Positions 1 to 9,761 of a stretch of DNA of 64,000 nt are shown in pieces. The stretch comes from a virus: IMG/VR virus record IMGVR_UViG_3300025133_000063, positions 16,405 through 80,404 of that record; one strand, given 5' to 3'. The notes beneath the pieces were generated by a model. The model made no database searches and was not told the origin of the DNA. It saw nothing but the letters and a program-made list of their open reading frames with translations. Within the stretch, counting starts at the first letter, position 1, and every line of letters begins with the position of its first letter. The position numbers and the translations under genes are program-made.

Positions 1-90
1 TCATTTAGTGGATTTGTTAGTCATTATCACGTTAGTAAAAGGAAAATTGATTGTGCTGGTTTAGATATTGCAAAATTACTTAATGAATAA
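1..90 (+). CDS. C-terminal fragment of a probable N-acetylmuramoyl-L-alanine amidase (endolysin), truncated by the window edge
   Basis: Frame 1 reads SFSGFVSHYHVSKRKIDCAGLDIAKLLNE*. The H-x-H...K-x-D-C pattern resembles the Amidase_2 / T7 lysozyme C-terminal Zn-ligand region. Confidence 0.55.
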   Translation, partial: SFSGFVSHYHVSKRKIDCAGLDIAKLLNE

Positions 91-140
91 AAGCATAAAA
101 ATGTAATATTTAGAAGTGTTACGTTTATGTCGAGGTCTTT

Positions 141-680
141 ATGAGTGTACGCCTTCAGCGCCTTCGGGCACTTACGGATGAATTAGTCGTTCGTGATCAA
201 AAAAAGCTTAAACAGCTTGATTTATATCATGCGTTTTTTGATAACATTCCTGTAAATACGCTTACGTGGTCTATTGATTCAGAGTGTAATGTTACCATAA
301 AAAGTAAATCAACCTCAAGTGAATTAGGTGGTATTTTACCAAATGGAACAATTTATGATATGTATGCATGTGATAAAACAAACGAAACAAATGTTTATTA
401 TCATAAAAAAGCCCTTACCGGTAATAAGCAGACGTATTTAGTGCAAGAGTGTAATGCTACATTTCTTACAACACTTGTTCCTGTTGAAAGTCAAGTAGAA
501 AATAATATTGTTCATGGTTGTTTGTGGGATGTTACAAATTTAGTAAAACTTATTGAATCATATAAATTAGTTGAGTCAAATGTACCAGAACACAATAAAC
601 AATTATTAGAACCGTTAAAGCAAGCTTTTAGGGAAAACAAACTTTTACAACTTGTAAAGGAAATGTTAAATGGGCGATAA
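141..680 (+). CDS. Stand-alone PAS-fold protein
   Basis: FFDNIPV..WSID, HKKALTG, LVPV and HGCLWDVT follow the PAS_4/PAC pattern, preceded by an N-terminal coiled coil. Confidence 0.55.
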   Translation: MSVRLQRLRALTDELVVRDQKKLKQLDLYHAFFDNIPVNTLTWSIDSECNVTIKSKSTSSELGGILPNGTIYDMYACDKTNETNVYYHKKALTGNKQTYLVQECNATFLTTLVPVESQVENNIVHGCLWDVTNLVKLIESYKLVESNVPEHNKQLLEPLKQAFRENKLLQLVKEMLNGR

Positions 681-1002
681 CGGTTCACAAAATGGTTGGA
701 ATGAATATTCGAGGCTTGTCCTTAAAGAGCTTGAAACCCTTTCTGCGTCAATCGATGATCTCCGAGAAGATCTTCAAGGTGTTAAGCAAGAAATTACGAA
801 AATTCAAGTAAAAGAAGATAATATTAACCAAGTTAGAGAATGGAAAGCAAAAATTGACGAAATTTCGTCACCAACTCAATTAAAAGAATATTTACTAAAG
901 GTAGATGAGCTTATACAATTTAAGACAAAGTCGGTGACCGTATTTATGGTTGTACAATTTATAATGGCTCTGGCAGTTACATTGACAAAGGTGTTTTCAT
1001 AA
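670..1002 (+). CDS. Coiled-coil protein with C-terminal transmembrane helix (holin/XhlA-like)
   Basis: Heptad-rich body, hydrophobic C-terminus VTVFMVVQFIMALAVTL, and proximity to the amidase. Confidence 0.45.
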   Translation: MGDNGSQNGWNEYSRLVLKELETLSASIDDLREDLQGVKQEITKIQVKEDNINQVREWKAKIDEISSPTQLKEYLLKVDELIQFKTKSVTVFMVVQFIMALAVTLTKVFS

Positions 1003-1334
1003 TGTTAAGTAAAAGATATGTTCGTAATTTAATACATTCGGCAATAATAAAAGAAAATATGCATATGACTATTGATGGTGATGTGGTTCCACATGATTGT
1101 GAAGATTGTATTAACGATTTGGATTTTAGAATTAATGATATGGTGTCAAGTAGAAACAAATGCCCTTCTGGCTCTGCGGCCCGGGCCCATTATAGTGGCG
1201 TTTTAAATGATTTGCGTAAAAAGCGCAGGCGCGCTATCAAGCACAATGTTGCCAAAGCCCCAGTAGATAATCATAATGATGATAATGATGATTTATTAAA
1301 AACTTTTGTTGAACATATTTTAAGCGTAAAATAA
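1002..1334 (+). CDS. Hypothetical protein with leader-like N-terminus and CxxC
   Basis: N-terminus MLSKRYVRNLIHSAIIKE; CEDC motif. Confidence 0.55.
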   Translation: MLSKRYVRNLIHSAIIKENMHMTIDGDVVPHDCEDCINDLDFRINDMVSSRNKCPSGSAARAHYSGVLNDLRKKRRRAIKHNVAKAPVDNHNDDNDDLLKTFVEHILSVK

Positions 1335-1362
1335 ACTTATCATAATTGAGAGTTTAGACATT

Positions 1363-2148
1363 ATACTTGAAGGTCCACAATATCGACATATAGCGCATAA
1401 ACTAGCTAAAATTGTCTCTGGTAAAACGCTTGTATCAATTGATATACTGTCAGGTCGTTATAAAAAAAATGAATTAAGCGGACTGAAGAGGTTACGATCG
1501 GATTTACCGTTAACTATAGCCGGTGCCGGCGTTCATGGTAGATTTATATACATAATATGTGATAATGAATTTGTGATTTGGAATACACTTGGTACAGCAG
1601 GTACATGGGTTACAGAAAAAACAGATACCTCGCGTTGTAAATTTACGTTTTCAGACAATTCAAGTTTATTTTTTACAGATTCAAGAAATTTTGGCACATT
1701 AAAAATTGTTACTGGGCGCCATCAGACAATTGAAAAATTACAATCTTTAGGTATGGATTTACTTGCTAATGATCCAGGTGCTGGTTTGTTTTTAACACGT
1801 ATTAGAAAGAAAAATTCTAGCAATATCTGTAAAGTACTAACAGATCAAAAAATAATTGCCGGAATTGGAAATTGTATAAAATCAGAAGTGTTGTGGCATG
1901 CAAAAATATATCCTTTTGCGATGGTTTCTGATTTATCTGATGCAGATATTGCTGAACTTTATAAAAGTATACGCGAAATCATGCATATAGGTTTTGAAAC
2001 TAAAAATCAAAAAAATGATTACTTAGACAGTCTTTTTGTTTATAATAAGCAAGTGGATAAAACAGGAAATAATGTTATAAAAGGTATGACGCCTGACAAC
2101 AAAAACACCTATTGGGTTGAAAAGAAACAAATTCGAGGAAAAAAATGA
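1363..2148 (+). CDS. Fpg/Nei-family DNA glycosylase homolog with degenerate catalytic N-terminus (ATA start; possible pseudogene)
   Basis: H2TH motif DQKIIAGIGNCIKSEVLW and FTDSRNFG. The frame is open upstream of 1573 back to ATA CTT GAA GGT CCA CAA (ILEGPQ versus canonical MPEGPE). Confidence 0.75.
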   Translation: MLEGPQYRHIAHKLAKIVSGKTLVSIDILSGRYKKNELSGLKRLRSDLPLTIAGAGVHGRFIYIICDNEFVIWNTLGTAGTWVTEKTDTSRCKFTFSDNSSLFFTDSRNFGTLKIVTGRHQTIEKLQSLGMDLLANDPGAGLFLTRIRKKNSSNICKVLTDQKIIAGIGNCIKSEVLWHAKIYPFAMVSDLSDADIAELYKSIREIMHIGFETKNQKNDYLDSLFVYNKQVDKTGNNVIKGMTPDNKNTYWVEKKQIRGKK

Positions 2149-2345
2149 AACTAGACGATTCGGCTATTGCACAGATTGCCAAAAGCTTGCAGGTTGCAAT
2201 GTTAACAGGAACAGATATTGTTGATAACTTACGGCAACTTGAGTTTATTTGTGAAGATAACACTTTACATGTAGATCCAGATTATGCTACCCGCTTTGAA
2301 GAAAATGTTGAAAAAATGTTGAGTGAAGTAAATCAAACCGTTTAA
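2145..2345 (+). CDS. Hypothetical protein
   Basis: ATGA overlap with the upstream stop; GAGGA ribosome binding site. Confidence 0.6.
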   Translation: MKLDDSAIAQIAKSLQVAMLTGTDIVDNLRQLEFICEDNTLHVDPDYATRFEENVEKMLSEVNQTV

Positions 2346-2372
2346 TATCTTCATATTTAGATGAGGGGTTAA

Positions 2373-3176
2373 ATGACACCAAGAAGCGCGCGATCAAAAA
2401 GTATTGGTGTTGCGACCCTAAAGGCACTGGGTACGCAATATTCGATGTTTGATAATATGTTTGAGCAGGTAATGGTGCTTCACGTTGAATTTGAACTTGA
2501 ATTGATGGAGGTATTACAACTTGTAAGTACTAAAAGTCAAGAGTCTAAAAATTCAAATGCATCAACTGAAACAACTTTACAATCAGATATTAATAGTGAT
2601 TCTAATTCTAAATCACAGGTTAATGGTTCTATCGATGAAGATTCTATAAGTAACGATCTATCTTTAGATGATCAACTTTCTACTAAAAATACCTGGATGA
2701 GAAAATTGTTTAAACGTATAGCATTACAATGTCATCCTGATAAAGTGCTTACTAGCACTGACAACACTGAGATTAAACATCAAAAGCTTGTAATGTACAA
2801 TAAGGCCCGCAGGGCGCTTGATGATTCAAATGAGTCGTCAATGATTTCTATTGGCTTAAAATATGATGAAATACCTACAATTGGCATAAAAAAATCAAAA
2901 ACTATTTTAGCCTCCGGGGTTAAAGAACTTGAAGTCGCAATAGCAACAAAACAAAAGAGCATTGCCTGGTTTTGGGGTATGTCAGAAGACGATTTTTCTA
3001 CAAAGGCAAAATTGTTAATACAGGCTGTTGAACAGGTATATAATAAAAAAATAACCGATGATGAAGCGTTAAAAATTATTAAAACATTTTTTAATGTACA
3101 TGAAAAAAAGAAACGGCGCAAGGTAGGTGAACACCCTGGGCCAAGATTAAGAGCATGCAAGAATAATGTTGATTGA
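2373..3176 (+). CDS. J-domain (DnaJ-like) protein
   Basis: RKLFKRIALQCHPDKV carries the HPD motif in J-domain helix context. Confidence 0.65.
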   Translation: MTPRSARSKSIGVATLKALGTQYSMFDNMFEQVMVLHVEFELELMEVLQLVSTKSQESKNSNASTETTLQSDINSDSNSKSQVNGSIDEDSISNDLSLDDQLSTKNTWMRKLFKRIALQCHPDKVLTSTDNTEIKHQKLVMYNKARRALDDSNESSMISIGLKYDEIPTIGIKKSKTILASGVKELEVAIATKQKSIAWFWGMSEDDFSTKAKLLIQAVEQVYNKKITDDEALKIIKTFFNVHEKKKRRKVGEHPGPRLRACKNNVD

Positions 3177-3365
3177 ATTTATAGATGACTGCTATGTATA
3201 TAAATACGACAAAAATCCTCAACGGCCCTTATTTTTAAAACCACTTAAAATTTCTTCTGGTAATGTTGGCTTAATTATTTCGGAAACATCTCATGACGTT
3301 ATGTTTTTGCTAGGCAATGTTTTATTATTTGTTAACAAGCAAGACTCATGTCATGCGTATGTAGC

Positions 3366-4055
3366 TTAACATTCTTTCATTTCACCTGGAAAACCTTGAC
3401 TGACCTTATATGTTATAATATTTGGTCCACCTTTATATTCGTCACACAGTTGATGAATGGCTTCAACATTTAAATCATTGTCGTCATAAAAATATACTGT
3501 TTTCGGATTTAGCGCGTCGATATATCGCCGAACAATTCTTGCTTTAGCAGCAGGATCACTATCACCAACAGGAAAAACTTGGCTTCCATCTATTTTGGCA
3601 CCCGCAGATTTTAAAAAATCCGATATGTCATCCCTATTTGTTGGTGTAACTTTTCCAAAAGGCGATGTAAATTCACTATTACCTCTAGCGGTTACAACAA
3701 TTACTCGTGTGTTTTTAGTACTTTCGGCCTGTTTTAGAATTTTAATAATTTCTGGATTTTCTTTCGACGTCGATTGATTTACACCAGATGTATCTGAAAA
3801 GTCAAAATACTCAACTGTCTCATCACTTATTTCATCTGACGCAAATTTTTGGTATTTTGCGAAATCTTCCGACGTTAGATAATAATAAATTAAGTCATCT
3901 GCTTTTTCTTCACTTACTGGAAATAAATCATGCTCAATTAGCCACTGTCGAAACAAAGTATCGTTTTGGTCTTTATGTGTTCTAGCTACACCAATTGTTG
4001 CAATTGTTTCAGCCAATGTATCGTCGAAATCAAAGACGAATAAGTAATCAGTCAT
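3366..4055 (-). CDS. HAD-superfamily phosphatase
   Basis: Motif I FDFDDTL, motif II VTAR, motif IV FYDD. Confidence 0.75.
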   Translation of the reverse strand: MTDYLFVFDFDDTLAETIATIGVARTHKDQNDTLFRQWLIEHDLFPVSEEKADDLIYYYLTSEDFAKYQKFASDEISDETVEYFDFSDTSGVNQSTSKENPEIIKILKQAESTKNTRVIVVTARGNSEFTSPFGKVTPTNRDDISDFLKSAGAKIDGSQVFPVGDSDPAAKARIVRRYIDALNPKTVYFYDDNDLNVEAIHQLCDEYKGGPNIITYKVSQGFPGEMKEC

Positions 4056-4100
4056 ATGTACACCTTTTAATTACTAAATATATTATTCAAAGGAGATATT

Positions 4101-4475
4101 ATGGATAACAAATTAGAAAATATGTTTATAACTCGTGAAGCTTTTATGCGAGCTATTTGTGATAAATACCCAAGCAGCTACCCTGATTGGCCTGTTGATG
4201 TAACAAAAAAGAGAAGCCAGAAGGCTCTGCGTGAAACTGCGCTAAAGGGCGTTGAAGAAATGTTTGAGGCATTACAGGAACTTAAAAACTGGAAAACGCA
4301 TAAAAAGAAAGGTTCATCAGATTTTAATCGCGATGATTTTTTAGAAGAGATGGTTGATGCGTTTAATTATTTTTTTGCGATGTTTATTATGCTTGGTGTA
4401 ACACCTGACGAATTGTATGATGCTTATATGAATAAAAATAAGAAAATTCATTCAAGACTTATTGACGGTTATTAG
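4101..4475 (+). CDS. All-alpha dNTP pyrophosphatase (dimeric dUTPase / T4 gp56 dCTPase-like)
   Basis: EEMFEALQELKNWKTH and EEMVDAFNYF (ExxE...EExxD), with a KN..IHSR C-terminus. Confidence 0.8.
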   Translation: MDNKLENMFITREAFMRAICDKYPSSYPDWPVDVTKKRSQKALRETALKGVEEMFEALQELKNWKTHKKKGSSDFNRDDFLEEMVDAFNYFFAMFIMLGVTPDELYDAYMNKNKKIHSRLIDGY

Positions 4476-4485
4476 TAGATAAATT

Positions 4486-4514
4486 GTGAAAATACGTCAT
4501 ATACATGATATAAT
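4486..4514 (+). promoter_or_regulatory. Class A promoter GTGAAA-N17-TATAAT with extended TG
   Basis: The same architecture recurs at 8 intergenic sites; this one precedes dnaE. Confidence 0.8.
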
Positions 4515-4551
4515 ATAAACATTGATAAACATAGTAGCTTAAAGGATATTC

Positions 4552-7500
4552 ATGGATATTAAGCCAGTCAAATTTGTAGGTCTTCATTCTCATTCGGGTT
4601 TTTCTACTTTCGATGGAATGGATCTACCTCAAAAGCATATTGATTTTGTTCGTTCAAATGGTATGAATGCCTGGGCGTTAACAGATCATGGTAACATGAA
4701 TGGTTATTGTCATGCGTACTTACATATGCAAAAAATTAATGCAGAAGATCCAGAGAATCAATTTAAGTTTATTCCTGGTTGTGAAATGTATGTTCATCCA
4801 GATCTTGATGTTTGGAAACTTGATTACGAAATTCAACGTGCTATCAAGGCAAATGACGAAGAAAAACGCTTGCAATTAGTTTCTCAACGAGCCGAGATTG
4901 CTGGTCCAGTTTTCGAAATTCAACGTGAGCATAAACAAGAACATGAAGTAAATGATGAAGATGCTTCAATGACTGTTGAAAATGAAGATGAAACAAAGTC
5001 ATCAAAATTTTATAATCCGATTAAGCGCCGTCATCATATGGTTGTTTTACCCAAGACATCTGTCGGTCTTAAGAGACTTTTTGGACTTGTTTCAAAAGGC
5101 TATCTTGAAGGCTTTTATCGTTTTCCTCGTGTAGATTATAAAATGATAAAGGAAGCTGCCAAAGGTGGTCATATTATTGTGACATCTGCTTGTATTGGCG
5201 GCCCGTTGGCATATGAAATATTTAAACACTTTCAAGGTGTTGAATTTGAAGATTTAAAACCAGAGCTTTTAGATGATAGCGACGTTTTTAAGCGGGTGCT
5301 TCATAGTGTTGGTCTTGGATATTCTGCAATAGCAAATACTGTTGGTGAGGAAAATTTTTATCTTGAGCTACAATTTAATAAGTTAAACGCACAACACTTA
5401 GTCAACCGCGTTCTTTTGGCATTTGCTGAACAGGAGGGTTTACAGAGTAAGCTAATTGTTACTACTGATTCTCATTATTCTCAACCAGAATTATGGCGTG
5501 AAAGAGAATTATATAAGAAGCTTGGGTGGCTAAATTATAAGGACTTTGATCCGGATAAATTGCCAAAATCAAAAGATGAACTTAAGTGTGAATTGTTTCC
5601 AAAAAATGCACAACAAGTTTGGAATACTTATCTTGACACAAAACAAACCCGATCTTTTTATAATGATCAAATTATTTGTGATGCAATTGAAAGAACATAT
5701 GATATTGCACATGATGTAATTCAAGATATTAGGCCAGACACAACGATGAAGTTGCCATCGTATGTTTGTCCAGAGGGTAAAACAGACAATCAGGCGTTAT
5801 TGGAATTATGCGTTAAAGGTCTTCATAGAAAAGGTTTGCTTAAAGATAAAGAATATGTCGATCGCCTAAAGTATGAATTAAAGGTAATTGCTGATAAGGA
5901 TTTTTCTCGTTATTTCTTGACAATGTTTGCAGTTGTAGAAGTGGCTCGAAGAAAGATGACTGTTGGGGCCGGCCGTGGATCTGCTGCCGGTTCATTAGTT
6001 GCGTTTGTTCTTCGATTAACAAATATTGATCCACTAAAGTATGATTTAATGTTTGAGCGGTTTTTGAATCCGTCACGTAAAGGAGCACCAGATATCGATA
6101 CTGACATTGCTGATCGTGATCTTCTGATAACAATGCTTAAAGAAGAATTTGGCGACTTAAATGTTATTCCAATTTCCAACTATAATACATTTAAATTGAA
6201 GAGCTTGGTTAAAGATGTATCTCGTTTTTATGGAATCGACTACTCTGAGGTTAACGCTTCGTTAAAGACAGTTGAGAATGATGTTAAACGAAAGGTTATG
6301 AATCGAGGGCAAGATAAAAACCTGTTTGTACTAAAGTATTCTGACGCTATAAAACATAGTCCAACATTCAAAAAGTTTATCGATAAATATCCAGATGTTG
6401 GTCAATCTATTGAAGGTTTGTTTCAGCAAAATAAAGCTCTTGGTAGACATGCTGGTGGTGTTATTGTCGCGGAAGATATTCCGGAACAAATGCCTGTTAT
6501 TATGGCCCGTGGCGAGCCACAGACTCCTTGGGTCGAAGGTATGCAATATAAACATCTTGAAAGCTTTGGGTGGATCAAGCTTGATCTACTTGGTCTTGAG
6601 ACACTCCGATTAATTGAACGAACTGCTGAATTGATCCTCAGGCGTCATCATGGAATTGAAAACCCGACATTTCCAGAAATTAGAGACTGGATTGAAGAAA
6701 ATTTAGATCCAAGTATTCTTGATCTTGACGATCAAAAAGTATACAAGTATGTTTATGAAGACGGTCACTTTGCTGGTGTGTTTCAATTAACTTCTGGCGG
6801 TGCACAAAAATTGTTTAAAAAAGCAAAACCAAAGAGCATTATTGATATTGCAACATTGACATCAATTTATAGACCAGGTCCTTTAAGTGCAAAAGTTGAT
6901 AAATTGTACGTTGAGGCAAAAAATAATCCTGAAGATATCGACTATGGTCATCCGCTAATAGAAAGCGTGTTAAAAGAAACATATGGTCTAATAGTATTTC
7001 AGGAATCTATTATGAAATTATGCAGTGTTGTAGGTGGTTTTCCAGAAAAGGAAACCGATTCAATACGTCGTAATATTATGAAAAGAACCGGTGCAAAACA
7101 AGCCGAGACTTTGGCCGCGGCCGTCGCTGCTAAGAAAAGTTTCGTTGCTGGTGCCATGAAAAATGGTGTTGATAGACAATTGGCTGATGATCTTTATGAA
7201 AAGGTCTTGTTCTTCTCTGGTTATGGCTTTAATAAGAGCCATGCGGTGTCATATGCCGTTGATTCATATCAATGTGCATGGTTACATACCTATTATGAAG
7301 AAGAGTGGCTCTGCGCCTATCTTGAAGCTATGTCAAGTAATGATAAGAAGCGTGCCCGGGCTTTTGCCGACGTTAAAAAAATGGGATATACAATTGTTCC
7401 CTTAGACATAAATTACGCTGAGAAAACGTGGACAATTTTGCCAGGTAAAAAGTTTATGCCTTCGTTTTTATCGTGTAAAGGAATTGGTGAAGCCGCTATT

Positions 7501-8211
7501 GATGAGCTAATTAAAATTAGAAAAACAGCAGGAGCACCATTTAACACTATACAAGATATGCTTTGGAATGAAGATGGTGAATGGAGATTTTCAAAGTTTA
7601 ATAAACGAGCTATAGAGGGATTAATATCTATTAAGGCATTTGCTTCGATGGACGTAGTTGGGCAAGATAAAACTTTTGCATCATACAAGCATATGCATAA
7701 TGTCTTGGTTGAAAATAATACACTCATTAAACGCCGCTTAAAGTCAAAGCCAAAAATTGGTCAACAAAATTTTCAAGAGTTATGTCAAGCAAAAATGCTT
7801 ATTGACGATGCCGATTCTATAACCCAACACGAATGGGACGAATGGACTCCTCGCGAAGTTGCTGAGCGTAGTGTTAAGTGTCTCGGATCATTTTCTGCAC
7901 AACAACTACTTGATAGTAGTGAAATTGAATTTTTGGAAAAATCAGGTTATACACCTCTAGATGAAGTAAAAAAGAAAAGTAAATACTGGTTTATTGTTTG
8001 TGATACCGTGCCTAAGCTTACAAAGAATGGAAAACCTTATCTTATCGTCACGGCTACAGGCCTTTCCGGAGCTCGTCATCGAATGTTTTGCTGGGGTTGG
8101 AATGGTAGACAAAAAATAGAACCATATTCATTATGTGTTTCAAAGGTTGGTCCAAGTGATTTTGGGCTACAAACCTCAATGCGCGATTTTGAAAATTTAA
8201 GTGAACAATAG
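4552..8211 (+). CDS. dnaE: DNA polymerase III alpha subunit (family C)
   Basis: PHP motifs HSHS..STFDG, TDHG and TDSHY; GRGSAAGSL; FERFLNP; PDIDTD; RPGP; FSGYGFNKSHA. Confidence 0.97.
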   Translation: MDIKPVKFVGLHSHSGFSTFDGMDLPQKHIDFVRSNGMNAWALTDHGNMNGYCHAYLHMQKINAEDPENQFKFIPGCEMYVHPDLDVWKLDYEIQRAIKANDEEKRLQLVSQRAEIAGPVFEIQREHKQEHEVNDEDASMTVENEDETKSSKFYNPIKRRHHMVVLPKTSVGLKRLFGLVSKGYLEGFYRFPRVDYKMIKEAAKGGHIIVTSACIGGPLAYEIFKHFQGVEFEDLKPELLDDSDVFKRVLHSVGLGYSAIANTVGEENFYLELQFNKLNAQHLVNRVLLAFAEQEGLQSKLIVTTDSHYSQPELWRERELYKKLGWLNYKDFDPDKLPKSKDELKCELFPKNAQQVWNTYLDTKQTRSFYNDQIICDAIERTYDIAHDVIQDIRPDTTMKLPSYVCPEGKTDNQALLELCVKGLHRKGLLKDKEYVDRLKYELKVIADKDFSRYFLTMFAVVEVARRKMTVGAGRGSAAGSLVAFVLRLTNIDPLKYDLMFERFLNPSRKGAPDIDTDIADRDLLITMLKEEFGDLNVIPISNYNTFKLKSLVKDVSRFYGIDYSEVNASLKTVENDVKRKVMNRGQDKNLFVLKYSDAIKHSPTFKKFIDKYPDVGQSIEGLFQQNKALGRHAGGVIVAEDIPEQMPVIMARGEPQTPWVEGMQYKHLESFGWIKLDLLGLETLRLIERTAELILRRHHGIENPTFPEIRDWIEENLDPSILDLDDQKVYKYVYEDGHFAGVFQLTSGGAQKLFKKAKPKSIIDIATLTSIYRPGPLSAKVDKLYVEAKNNPEDIDYGHPLIESVLKETYGLIVFQESIMKLCSVVGGFPEKETDSIRRNIMKRTGAKQAETLAAAVAAKKSFVAGAMKNGVDRQLADDLYEKVLFFSGYGFNKSHAVSYAVDSYQCAWLHTYYEEEWLCAYLEAMSSNDKKRARAFADVKKMGYTIVPLDINYAEKTWTILPGKKFMPSFLSCKGIGEAAIDELIKIRKTAGAPFNTIQDMLWNEDGEWRFSKFNKRAIEGLISIKAFASMDVVGQDKTFASYKHMHNVLVENNTLIKRRLKSKPKIGQQNFQELCQAKMLIDDADSITQHEWDEWTPREVAERSVKCLGSFSAQQLLDSSEIEFLEKSGYTPLDEVKKKSKYWFIVCDTVPKLTKNGKPYLIVTATGLSGARHRMFCWGWNGRQKIEPYSLCVSKVGPSDFGLQTSMRDFENLSEQ

Positions 8212-8223
8212 GAAAAGTATTAA

Positions 8224-9252
8224 ATGCATATTGGAACATTTACAGATTTTACGACTTGTTACTTGTCGTTAATTAAAAGTGTATATAACAACCCACAATA
8301 TATTTCAGCACCTCGTGGTCAAAAAATTAAAGAGGTGTTAGGTGCAACGTTTACAATTAGTGATGCAAGACAACGGTTACCATATGTTGTTGGTAGAAAA
8401 TTTTCATTAACGTATTTAATTGCTGAATTAACATGGTATCTATCAGGTAATGATAAAACTGAATGGATATCGAAATACTCATCATTTTGGAAAAGCATAT
8501 CTGATGATGGTGTAACAGCAAATTCAGCATATGGTGCAAGACTATTTCAGCCCCATGATTCAATTGCAGAATCAAGGTTTACACAATGGGATTATGTTGT
8601 TGAAGAATTGCGCAAGGATCCTGATTCACGAAGAGCAATTATGCATCTTAGGGTACCAGCAGATAGTATTGATGCCAGATTAGACGTACCTTGTACGTTA
8701 GCGCTTCAATTTTTTATTCGTGATAATAAATTACATCAAATTGCAACAATGCGCAGTTCGGACGTTATTTTTGGTATAGCGTATGACGTTCCAGCATTTA
8801 CAATGTTTCAAGAGATACTGGCTGCCGAAGTTGGGGTCGACGTTGGTAGTTATACACACGTAAGCAATTCGCTTCATATCTATGAACGTCATTTTGATAT
8901 GGCTGCCAGAATATTAAAGAGAGAGAATGTTGAAAGTTCAATGGCTTGGTCATATCGTCATTTACCCAATAAGGGTTTACGTTGTATGACAAATGCTACA
9001 AATTCTTTAAGTGGTTTACGAAATACAATTATTAATGATTTAATTGAATTTGAGACAATAATAACTAGTGAGATTAATTGTGACAAAATATTAGAGGCCA
9101 CATACAATTTCCAGGCCCCAGGTTTTTGGAGGGATTATGCAATTATATTTGCGGCTAAAAGACTTAAAGAACTTAATTTACCAACACAATATAAGAATTT
9201 AATGAAAAATTTAAGTAATAGTGATTATGATTTTTATGTAAGGAGACTTTAA
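8224..9252 (+). CDS. Thymidylate synthase family enzyme, probably dCMP hydroxymethylase-type
   Basis: DPDSRRA, PCT, RSSDVIFGIAYD and SLHIYE. Asp occupies the position of E. coli ThyA Asn177, as in T4 gp42. Confidence 0.85.
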   Translation: MHIGTFTDFTTCYLSLIKSVYNNPQYISAPRGQKIKEVLGATFTISDARQRLPYVVGRKFSLTYLIAELTWYLSGNDKTEWISKYSSFWKSISDDGVTANSAYGARLFQPHDSIAESRFTQWDYVVEELRKDPDSRRAIMHLRVPADSIDARLDVPCTLALQFFIRDNKLHQIATMRSSDVIFGIAYDVPAFTMFQEILAAEVGVDVGSYTHVSNSLHIYERHFDMAARILKRENVESSMAWSYRHLPNKGLRCMTNATNSLSGLRNTIINDLIEFETIITSEINCDKILEATYNFQAPGFWRDYAIIFAAKRLKELNLPTQYKNLMKNLSNSDYDFYVRRL

Positions 9253-9758
9253 TGCAAAATTTAATTATTTGGGAAGGTTGTGACGGCTGTGGCAAAACCA
9301 ATATAGCAGCAGCTGTTTCTGAAAAATTGGGTATTCCGGTTTACAAAAGTGGGCTTGAAGATCAAATGTTTTACGACAAGGATTCGCAATATTTGGTTCT
9401 TAAGCACGGGAATTATGAAATGATTAAATTACTTGATGTGGCAAACTCAAATATAATGTTTGATAGGTTCTTCCCTTCAGAATGGGTTTATTCACAGGTT
9501 TTTAATCGTCAACAGGGACTAGACATAGTTTTAGCCCTTGACGAATATTGGTCACGATTAGGTGGAAAAATTATTTGGCTTGATAAACCAAATATTGAAG
9601 AAAGTGATGAACTAGTTCCTAAAAGCAAATATAATGAAATACGTCAGAAATATAAAGAATATATGAATTTAACAAAATGTGACGTATTATATCTTGATAC
9701 AACTGATCGTAACTTAGAAAAGCAAGTTAATTTAATTAGCAAATTTATTATGGAGTAA
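9252..9758 (+). CDS. Deoxynucleoside monophosphate kinase (TMPK-like)
   Basis: P-loop EGCDGCGKT and FDRFFPSEWVY. Confidence 0.85.
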   Translation: MQNLIIWEGCDGCGKTNIAAAVSEKLGIPVYKSGLEDQMFYDKDSQYLVLKHGNYEMIKLLDVANSNIMFDRFFPSEWVYSQVFNRQQGLDIVLALDEYWSRLGGKIIWLDKPNIEESDELVPKSKYNEIRQKYKEYMNLTKCDVLYLDTTDRNLEKQVNLISKFIME

Positions 9759-9761
9759 AAA

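Noticed and set aside
4800-5030. Intein or intron in dnaE
   Set aside because: The insertion is short, lacks intein splice-junction and homing-endonuclease motifs, and the frame is continuous.
8224-9252. Plain thyA annotation
   Set aside because: The specificity residue is Asp rather than Asn and the neighbours are modification genes, so the symbol was withheld.
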